A stretch of DNA of 64,000 bases. Source: Trichoplax adhaerens. Lineage: Eukaryota > Animalia > Placozoa. Of this stretch, positions 53,797 through 64,000 are shown piece after piece (the first letter of the stretch is position 1; each line of letters begins with the position of its first letter). The position numbers and the translations under genes were made by a program. The notes under the pieces were generated by a model. It was not told the origin of the DNA. It saw nothing but the letters and a program-made list of their open reading frames with translations, and searched no databases. The stretch is from positions 1,387,983-1,451,982 of the forward strand of contig NW_002060948.1 in NCBI RefSeq assembly GCF_000150275.1. Direction: 5' to 3'.

Positions 53797-56361
53797 ATTA
53801 AAATTTACGTACTTTAAATTAGAAAAAATACCTGATAGCTTCGATTACAGTTATGTAAATGTTTTTACTGTAGACAACTTATTAGTGTCACCTCTGTTGG
53901 CCGAGACTGTTATTTCTCGCAGCTTCTGTATTTGACAACGCGTATAATGAATTGCTTAGTATTCTGACTCTATTGGTTGGTTACAGATATTTTTCCTACT
54001 AGTCAACTTTAAGATTTGTAATTCTGACGTAAAAGTACATTCGAGTAGCACTTGTGGTAAGCTAATGAAAAATAATATAATCTTATAAAGTCTGAAAATA
54101 AAGAAAACATGATAATATGTTAGTATGTACGTTTTTTCTTGTTCTAATTGCGCATTTATATTCGTACTATTAATTTGCAGCAGTATTTTATTTCAATTTA
54201 TTTATGCATTTATGTAGCTCAACAGTAATTGTTGCAGATATTCAAGTGGTAATTGCATACGTATGAGTTTAGTACTGTATTTATCCCATCCTTATGTTTA
54301 GAATGCTCATACTGTTAATTGTTAATATAAGCAGTAAAAGAATGTTGCGATATGGTATAAACAGTATGAAAAAGGTAACGTGCGTCGTACATGATTCGAT
54401 GGGTGGCATTGCTACGTTCTATCACACTGTACATTTCTGGTTTGTATACCCGTATGATTATAGAATTTAGCGTTCACTATTATAGTAATGTGAAATACGG
54501 TATGTATTTAATACCAGTCTACTTTACGTAGTGGTTTATTCTTTGCCATGAAGTGTAGTGCTAAGCTCCTAACGTGATAGTCTAATGCAGTTAGTCTACG
54601 ATGGCGTCAATGGAAGACTTTATCCAGTAGTCTATGACGGTAGATACGCGTACTTGCTTACGATATACAGTATGCAGTAATATATTATTATAAACATGCG
54701 CAGTATTGGACATCTACGGAAAAATTATTTTATTTGATTATACTGTAAGTTACATGGCAATGGTGTGATTCTTTTTGAAGTATAGAAAACTATTATACAG
54801 TATATAAAACCTAGATAAGTTTTAGGTATAATCAGCACCCTTTAGTTTATAGTCTGGACATTAATATTTATTGTAGTTATGATAACTATAGAATTCGATC
54901 ATAATGTTTCAGATACAGTTCAGGCAGTCCTATACATTGCACACGAGACTATACAGTATACACATGTTACAGCATTAATCGAAAGTAAAATTGACTACGA
55001 TAGCTTGAAAGATCTCAATCGTATGTACAGTATACTTATCGTATTGTTACCATAGTGTTCATCCGATATATGGCCGATGATATAATACATTATATTTTTT
55101 TAGTATTAATATGATATTTTATTTCATAGTATTCTATTCAATTACGAGCTTTTATTCTATACTACCTATGCTTGAATAGGTGCTCGATACAATTGTTTGA
55201 ATTGAACAATGTCCATGAGAGTTGCTATTGGTATCTTCGCGTTAGTAATCTTTAATACAGCGGGTAGGGAAGCACAATTTAACCTGGCAAACAATTGACA
55301 TCAAAATAATGAGTATTGTTCATTATCTGCAGGTATCAACATAGCTTGAAAATTGTTATTTACTGCTTATGATCTTATTTTTATTATGACGTCTATATTA
55401 TCCTAATTTTTATAATTTTAATATACAACGCGTCATATGATCGTAAGTGAATAAACTATTTGCAGTATCAACAAAGAGTCTTGTGTAATTTAGATATTAT
55501 AGTGTACAAGAAAGAATAGTAACATAAATTTTTCCTTGAATCTAAACCAGTTTACCTATCAAATCTCGTTAAAGAACCGTTGATATTGCGTATAAGTCAG
55601 TATCAATGTCGCCATATCAATTGATCCTTAGGAAGCCGAAAAAAATTACTTAATTGTGGTCTATAAAAGTTAGGCCGACCCCCTGTAAAGTACAGTTAAC
55701 AACATAGAGGCAACAAGCCTATCACCTGGTAACGTCGTCGTCATTACTTTTGTGACCAAATTTTATATCGAAATAAATTATCTACTTCAGATATGACTTC
55801 AACAAACATTATCTTCAAACTTGGTTAACGTTGGCAATTGGTTATAAGTCGAAGTTTATTTCATTTCATATTTGGTTACCACTCCTTTGGTATTTGTTAC
55901 CAACGAAAGAAATGTCATAAGACCATTGTATGGGACTGAAATACTTTGTTATACATTTTGGAACAATTTGATATAAATATCGTTGTATTGGCTTATCCTT
56001 TTAAAAAATATATTTTAGTTTTAAAAGTGGATCGTATACTCTTAATCATTTTATTACTGGAATAAAGCTTTTATCACGATCTAAAAGATGATTTTATTCA
56101 TGAATAATAGCAAATAGAGCAATTTACAACATTCTGACTATCTACAACTATACTATTAATATGGTTTAAATAACTTTTATTAAATGAGGTAGGCTGGATT
56201 TTTTTGTTATTTTTAACGATAGAATGGCAAGGGTACGAATCTAAACGTAATTAAAATCCTTCATTTGCTAATTGTAAGCTCTATATATTTGTAAGTTGGC
56301 AACCATATTCATTCAAAAACTATTCAAATCATCTTAAACATCGCCCAGACTCTTTCGAACA

Positions 56362-56895
56362 ATGGCGTCCAGTAAAATAACATTGAAAAATGATAATAAG
56401 CGTGGTAAAGATGTCGGACTTGATCTTTATAGTTTTGCTTTACGAACTAGATTAATGAAAACCGAAGAAGCTATTGGTGTCATTAATGCAAGAGAAGAGA
56501 AAATATTGAGACAAGTGACAGACAGCATTGACAAATTAGCAAAGAAGTCGTTAGAAAAGTATCGTTTTGACTATAATGCAATATTGAAAATATCAGAAGA
56601 AAGCAGGCGTCGTAATCAAATATTCGCTGATAAATTACGCACATACAAAGAAGAAGAAGAGCGTGTAAGAGTTTTGAGGCAAGCAAAGAAGATGAAAGAG
56701 AAACGTCGCTTTTTAGATGATGATTATTTACATTTACAGGTGAATAAGTCAAATAATCATCACAATAATCATATAACGCATCCATATCAAGACAATCAAA
56801 ACATCTTTCCACGTACACTCAAGTCGCATAGCAGTAGTTTTAAATTAGTTAATAATAACATTAGTAATGATTTTCGTAATTCTAATGGTCATTAA
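56362..56895 (+). CDS. Uncharacterised 177-aa basic coiled-coil protein, single coding exon
   Basis: ACAATGG start context; charged helical composition (NAREEKILRQ...EEEERVRVLRQAKKMKEKRR); no family recognised. Confidence 0.6.
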   Translation: MASSKITLKNDNKRGKDVGLDLYSFALRTRLMKTEEAIGVINAREEKILRQVTDSIDKLAKKSLEKYRFDYNAILKISEESRRRNQIFADKLRTYKEEEERVRVLRQAKKMKEKRRFLDDDYLHLQVNKSNNHHNNHITHPYQDNQNIFPRTLKSHSSSFKLVNNNISNDFRNSNGH

Positions 56896-59800
56896 GATAA
56901 CACTCGTTGGATCTACAATTTGTGATGACATAAATCATAGCATATAATACATTGCTAAGATTGAATTAATTTATCAAGTGTGATGCTAAGAAATTCCACC
57001 ATTACAGCATCTATAAACATGCCGTGAAGAGAGATAATTCATTTTATATATTCAGTTTTTCTGTTTCTAATTTATTGTTGATTATTTTCTTTGATGGACC
57101 TTCGTATAATTGTACCAAAATAGGTTATCGTACTGTTACTAAAGTTTACATGATGACTATAACAGTCGAATAAGTTAATGATTATGATCAAAGCAAATTT
57201 TGGGGCGAAATATCTTCACCAAAGGCTTGTTATGTCTAAATCTGTTACGCTATGATAGCTTCGAAAGGTAATGTTAGGGATCCTTCTAAACCTAATATTT
57301 ACTATCTTAAAAATTATATACATTCATCGCCGTCTCAATCTGTTTTATTTCTATGCAAATCTAAATTGCGAACTTACGATCAGTTAAAACTGCTCTAATT
57401 TAAAATATCAAATTTGCTGAGTTAAGCAGTAACAGTTATGCCAGTATGTGAGTATATGTACGCGAACTTGTATATAATTTTAATTAAGTCACATTTATTA
57501 AAAGGCTAACTGCTTAAGCGCTATCATATTATTATTTTCACCTTTAGCTCACATAGGCGGTGATAAATTCACTTTTAACTGTGATAATATGATTAGCGGT
57601 AACATTTTCTAGACTAAATCAAAGAAAACAAACAGGCAGCTGTCTTATGCAATACTGTTTACATCGATATCAATTATAATTATTAAATTTTTTAGTATTA
57701 TGGCTATATTTGCAAGTCAATCACGAAGAAGAATTCTCTTAATTCGCTATCATGATTGAATGTATTATATCTGCTAGCTAATTTCGTTCTATTTTATTCA
57801 TTTGACTTTAATGAAGATTTCATTTCAGTTTTATGAATAGACGCAATCAATTGTAGATTGTAAAATTCAAGCTGTTTTGATATCCTTACTTAAAAATGAA
57901 ACGATCTGCGGTTATAAATCAATGATATATACGGTGCCTAATCTACGACATGTTTTAACTGACATAATTTTTAGTTCTACTTACATGACTAATTTTATTG
58001 TATTTAAAAGTATAAATGAATATAGCTTGAAGCCATTTTATGTCTTTTTAACGCTTTACGATCATGTTACTATCATGCATCTTGATATGCTGAAATTCGT
58101 TGTGATCTACTAATCATATTAAACTACTGTAGAAACTTTGCACTTTGTAGACATGAGTGTCCATTACCTTATGCTAAATTTTATAATTTGGTGAATTTCT
58201 CGTCGTTGAATAAACTAATCTCATATTATACAATTGATAAGAAAGTGTGCTTTACTTGAAGAGATTACGGTTAAACGTGATCAAGGGTAAATATCGTGCT
58301 AACTAGTCATTATGTTACAGCTTTCAAGTTTTTACTTCATAAGATGACAAATAGATTCGTGAAATAATTTACTTATTATTGGTCATTGTAAGAAATAACG
58401 TTGACAGTAGCTTGATATGCAGCCTCATCAAGACGTTGGGCTAAAGAAAATAAGAAATGTAGCTCTTGTCCATAACGTTTTCTAAACGGTATCAGTTTTA
58501 ATTACTATCTTAAGTAATGTAATTGGAGTTTGACGTTGTAACGCAATGTCTTACTCTATTTTAACTCGCATTGACCAAATTAGTTAAGTATTTTTGCAAA
58601 TTTGGTACAATTGATATTACAGACACTGTAAAAATTCTACTGATATAATTTTCAATATTAATCATTTAATTATATGATTAGAAATGAGATTGAGATTCAG
58701 TTTATGTGATATCGAAATTTAATTTAAGCTTCGTATAATATTCTACCACCATTTTAGCCAGCACGATTGCACACTCGTAGAAAGAGAGTCTTCTTAGCAT
58801 TAAATTGATCTTTTTTATTTATAATCCATTTGTAACAAGATTAATGTTGTCATCATCGATAGGCTGTACGCTACATTACTACTATCAACGTTGAAGTATG
58901 TATAAATTGAAAGATATACTTTTCAGTTTTATTTAGCTACAAATTTTTTGAAATATTTATACTTAGTGGTTTAGTCAAAAAAATAAGTAAACACTTTAAA
59001 TATGTCGAAAATGTACTTTTTGTGGCATACTTATTATATACCCTGCGAATGAATAAATGAAATGTGCAATTGATCTATTAATAATTCTGATCCTGATTAA
59101 GGTTGCTGTAACCCATTTAAGCGAGCAACGTTTTTATACCGTAGTATTTTATACGAGATATCCATTTCAAAAAGGAAATTAGTGAGGAAAACGATCGTTG
59201 CCAACTACAGTAGGCGTTATTACACTCCATACGCTGTCGCTTATCCTCGATTATACTGAATATTGTAATTATGATTAGGCAAAATTAACGATATGCCACT
59301 TTATGATTATAATGATCAGACTGGATTTGTATGAAATTCTGTCAACGAAAAAGTAGACGGGACAGAATTTGTCCCGCTTCATGGGCATTCCTTCACCATT
59401 TATGTACAGTAATGTTATTTTTGTATCCGATATTTTAGTAAAAGTATAAATTGAAATTTATTGCTAGATATTTGGATAACTACAGTATTCGCCCGTTGAT
59501 TTTAGTTCCATTTTTCCCCAGTTAAAGTAAGTATTTAAAACCAAATGAAAGACGCTGTAACTACAGTACTGTACTGTACTGTAGAAGGCAGAAAATGTAG
59601 TTTCTAATACCATATATTATTATAGGCTACTGGAACGGATTCGCGAGTAGTTTTCTAAAGTATTTATATGAACTTTAGACTGAAGCTTTACGCAATTGGC
59701 ACGATTTGATCTGATTCAAAATTCAGACCTTGAACATACTGTACACTAAAAAGAAAGTTCGGGCTATAAAGAGGCCGCCTGTTGGTGTCCGCAAAACTGT

Positions 59801-60074
59801 GTACGCTGACCGATCCTCTTTCTAGTCATTCCACTATACACTACTATGTATAGTGCAATCGTCTATCGTACGAAATAAAGCCATCCTAGCAGTTCATTTG
59901 CAAGACAACCTTGAATATCTTTGGATATCGGACAGTGAATCACTGATGAATAAAGTAGAAGTATTGAAGTGAAAATTGAACAGTTTTTTCAATGGAAAAT
60001 TCAATCTTTCACAAGTTTCTTTCCCAACTTTCCCACATCACAGACTGCGCACCTCCATACTATAAGGTGCTATA

Positions 60075-60250
60075 CTGCGCGTACAGTACTACACCGTCCA
60101 TTGTACAGTATGCGCTATTTGTCATTCGTAAATGCAACCCAGGTTCAGGCATAAGGAGTCCGCTGACTTCCAGTTCACCTTACTACAGTACACAGTACTG
60201 TACTGTACTGTACTGTACTGTAGCCTTGTCCTGTAGTAAAGTACTGTACG
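60075..60250. repeat. (GTACA/TGTAC)n array upstream of UBXN1
   Basis: tacagtacacagtactgtactgtactgtactgtactgtag at ~60184-60223 plus scattered units. Confidence 0.85.
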
Positions 60251-60265
60251 GATTCGTCAGCTTTC

Positions 60266-60538
60266 AACGGATCGTTTCAGCTCATCGCTTCACTTCACTT
60301 TGGTTCCATAATAACGAAACAGATCGTTTCCGCTCATCGCTTCACTTCACTTTGGTTTCCATAATAACGAAACAGATCGTTTCAGCTCATCACCTCACTT
60401 CACTTTGGTTTCATAATAAGGAAACGGATCGTTTCAGCTCATCACCTCACTTCACTTTGGTTTCCATAATAACGAAACAGATCGTTTCAGCTCATCACCT
60501 CACTTCACTTTGGTTTCCATAATAACGAAACGGATCGT
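60266..60538. repeat. Minisatellite: five 52-53 bp units plus a partial sixth
   Basis: Unit aac(a/g)gatcgtttcagctcatc(g/a)c(t/c)tcacttcactttggtttccataataacga starting at 60266, 60318, 60371, 60423, 60476 and 60529 (partial). Confidence 0.95.
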
Positions 60539-60707
60539 GTTGGGCCTTGCAGAACAAAATTTCTTGATTGCATTCTTGCTTATTTGCCTCAAGACGTTAA
60601 AGACAAATTCATCTTTAGATAATACTTATACAATAATAAGTCATATCGTTCCAAGGACTTCATAAGTTAAGCTTAGAGTATACGTACATTACTAGTCAAT
60701 CGTCGTT

Positions 60708-63700
60708 ATGGCAGATCCATTGATGCTCGCAACATTGATCGAACTAGGCTTCGATCGTTCTAAATCGTAAGTTTTCCATTGACAATCAACCAGTTATGCT
60801 AATGAAGCAAGAGTACACCAGTAGCATTAATTGGCATCATATGTCTATCATCGATAAACTATCTCGATCATATATCAACTTATTGATTGCTGTACCAATA
60901 CTAATGAATTAATATACGTATAATAATTGACTAATGCAGTTGTTGAGCTCAATCTTATCAAGTTCCCTGCTACGATGATAGTGTCGATTGACGTGGATAA
61001 GCAATACCTGAAATGGACTAATGATAGTCAGTAGACAATATACGTCTTACTGATTATTCACCAACATCGAAATACAGTATTCTTGATCTCTATTGCAGAT
61101 GCTACTGACAAGCTACTGTAGCACCTAAATCTTAGCATAGATAAAATATATATATCTTTGTTTAGAGATTGATAAATACCCAGCCAAATGAAAACGTGTC
61201 TTAGAGTCATCTAGATATGGAAGTTCGCCTGCCTATTTAGTTATCATTTGGTCACTTCATTATTTACTATCGTAATTCAAATTATATGCGTTATGGTATC
61301 GTTATGAAAAAGAAATGACATCCAATAGTTTTTATTCATTGCCAGTGTAAAATCGTATGAGTATGATTTGTGAATGGGATTTATCCTGTTTGCAGATTTG
61401 ACAATTGTATATACTGTTATAGTACAGTAGTCATACTTTAAAGGTAGGGTTATACAGGAATGTACTTAATTATGCTAATCACATCGTAGAATAATATAAA
61501 AATTAGGTAGAAAAGCGATTTTCTATAGAAACGTATTTGCGCCGTATATCCGATGTGATCCCATACAGCCTAGGATGATTATACGTAATTATGATGGCAG
61601 TTTGAATATGAACTTTAAATTTATGTAATGGCTTCGGCTATAGCATACCATCAGAAAATTTTTGGAAAGCACATTTAATCGCCTAAAAGATAGCTGCCCT
61701 ACTACAATACATATCTTTCCGTTTGGATTATAGTGTTAAATTTCTCTCAATGCGCTAATGCGTAGATATAACGTTTTGATCAGTAAATGTTTAAAATGAT
61801 AATCTAATTGAAATTTGAAAGTATATTACTACCTAAGCCATAGACTTCTAGATACCTTGAGGTATCTAGAAGTCCATACCTTATCATACAGTAACCAGTA
61901 GAGATTGTACGCTCACTCATCCTCGTATTTATCTACGTACGAAAGCCACATGGAAAGCTTGCAAATATACATATATACCACTGTATAAATATAACGCAAA
62001 CTGAATCATTTTAACTAGCATACTAATATCATATGAATTGCACTCCAAATTAAGACTAATAATATATAGAATATGTGTTAATACCGCCTATATCCTGCGT
62101 ATTGCATAGATAAGCGTGCTATGGTACAGGTTACCTAAAAAAGATGCTTGCGCCATCATAAATCCAATCGACTCTATGATATACATATGCGTACAGTATA
62201 GCTATTGATTATATACTACAATGAAATACATTTTGTTTTAGCTTCATGTTTCTTGCCTAATATTATCTTGTCCTCTTTCATGTTAGTGAAAAAGCTCTAA
62301 TAAATGTAAATAATCGCGGAATTGAAGGAGCGATCGATTGGTAAGATGCTAGAATATCGTATACTTCTCGTACATAACATATATAAAATATACAGTATAC
62401 TACCGTTTCATGAAATTGAACTTACTGCTAGTTATTGTGTCCGTTACTTTGTACAAGTATACTGCTATAAAATATATTTATTAACAAAACGCTGGATTTG
62501 GTAGTTAATTCGCATCATATTTTGTAGTTACCATGATTAAATCGCTAGTATTATGCTGATGTCTCTTATTTCCGAATAGGATAATGGCTCATACAGACTC
62601 TAATGATCAATCTACAGATCCAACCGCAAGCGCGAATATGCAAAGTAATGTCACAGTATTAACAAGGATAAAGTGCCTACTTTATGAGCTTACAGAATTG
62701 AAATGTTTTTGAAGTTGATAGATACAGTATCGGGCTTTAACAGAATTTGGATTAAAATTTATTACTATAATGTATCACTATATTATTATCCTACAGTATA
62801 TAGCGATATTATTCTTGAACTATTATCAACTACTTTAACGAGAGCTTTGCTACTAAAATGCTGACACCCTGGGGTTGACAATTAGCCATATTGTCTATCA
62901 TTTGAATGTACAGTAGACTACTCTATAATCATTTTTAATAAGTATGTTGCATGATTTTTATGATAATTTGTAGGCCAGGAAGGTCAACCTAGCAGCGAAA
63001 CGACTGTAAGGCAATATATAAATGCATAATTTATATTAGTCTAAATTATAATCAGGCTGTATTGCAGTATTTAAAATGAATGAAATCTACTGATTGCTTA
63101 TTCGTATAATACCCGTGCAATATTATAGGCAGAAACCAATCGTCCGCTAACGGAAGAAGAAAAGAAAGAAAAGCTAGAGAAGTAGGAGATAATGCTTTAA
63201 TCTACATTTAAATATTTATGTCGGAGAATGTTAATACCACATAATTTGGCATCTACAGTATTGTAAATCCCGAATTCACCTTTTATATCTTAGACTGGAA
63301 TCTAAAATTAAGGAAAGACGTAGACTGCGAGAAGCTGAAGAACGTAAGGTAATCTTTGATTTGAATTATATAGGCAAATGCAAGGACTACTAGAAGAGAG
63401 TACATCGAAGGTTCTCTTCTAGTAATTTTTGGTAAATAAAGCAGAGTTGAGTTTGTAGAAACAATTATTCTGTCACGACTAATTATAGTATTAAACGCAT
63501 ACTATCTTAGTTTTTATATAACTATGAAAATTTGAATATCCGTTTTACGATGTTAATTATATTACCATAAATTGATAGCTTGAGAAAGATCAAGAAATAA
63601 GTCGTCGGGAATCTGGCAAAATGATTACAGATGTTAAAAGAAAGTATGCTTACATTAGGCATATAAATAGTAATTACAGAATCAATAAACAAAACTATAA

Positions 63701-64000
63701 ATTTGTTGCTTTTTATTGAAAAATTTAGAGTTGAAATCAAAGAAATGCAAAAATTAGCAGAGCAAAGAAAGAGAGAAAAGATGGAAGATAGATTAGCAAG
63801 GTAAATAATCTCTATGTTGCTACCGTAGCTATTGCATTTACTTATGCTTATTATGTATTATGGATAATAATTATACTATATTTAATCCTATAAATGCCGA
63901 AGAAATGTTTCATATAATTTAAAAGTTAATAAGTACCTTTTGCCCGCATTAATTGTAATTGCGACTAAAATTCTTTCAGGGAAAAAGTGAAGGCTATGAT
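60708..64000 (+). CDS. UBXN1: UBA-UBX p97 cofactor UBXN1/SAKS1, 3'-partial
   Basis: Exons 60708-60766, 62287-62340, 62580-~62644 and further short exons to the window end. UBA MADPLMLATLIELGFDRSKSEKALINVNNRGIEGAIDWIMAH, then RPLTEEEKKEKL and EMQKLAEQRKREKMEDRLAREKVK. The UBX domain lies beyond the window. Absent from the ORF track. Confidence 0.88.
61843..61874. repeat. Perfect inverted repeat (15-bp arms) in UBXN1 intron 1
   Basis: gacttctagatacct-tg-aggtatctagaagtc. Confidence 0.9.

Noticed and set aside
56483-56818. 111-aa minus-strand ORF
   Set aside because: Antisense to the longer, better-supported plus-strand ORF.
59992-60522. 176-aa ORF
   Set aside because: It runs through the GTACA array and the 52/53-bp minisatellite, with the frame shifting between units; an artefact.
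60266-60538. CRISPR-like array
   Set aside because: Units are contiguous tandem copies without unique spacers; eukaryotic context with no cas genes.

Overview
AT-rich, gene-dense eukaryotic DNA with short GT-AG introns and an animal gene set; composition and gene architecture suggest a placozoan (Trichoplax-like), which is an inference and not a database result. Hand-splicing yields 11 conserved genes, most of them invisible or fragmented in the ORF track: RMDN2/3-like (5'-partial), KCTD10/BACURD, IFT20, a 3-exon globin, DHRS7-like, FAM177, ACOXL, TAF6L, eIF3c, AP-1/2 beta adaptin and UBXN1 (3'-partial). There are also two single-exon orphan ORFs. The most striking non-genic signal is strand-flipping (GTACA/TGTAC)n arrays concentrated at housekeeping and bidirectional promoters. 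Other highlights: a head-to-head IFT20/BACURD pair like human IFT20/TNFAIP1; an intact DHRS7-like ORF lacking the whole SDR catalytic triad; a 52-53 bp minisatellite carrying X-box-like sites upstream of UBXN1; a family of short palindromic elements; and three GC-AG introns. No rRNA, tRNA, CRISPR or transposase was recognised.
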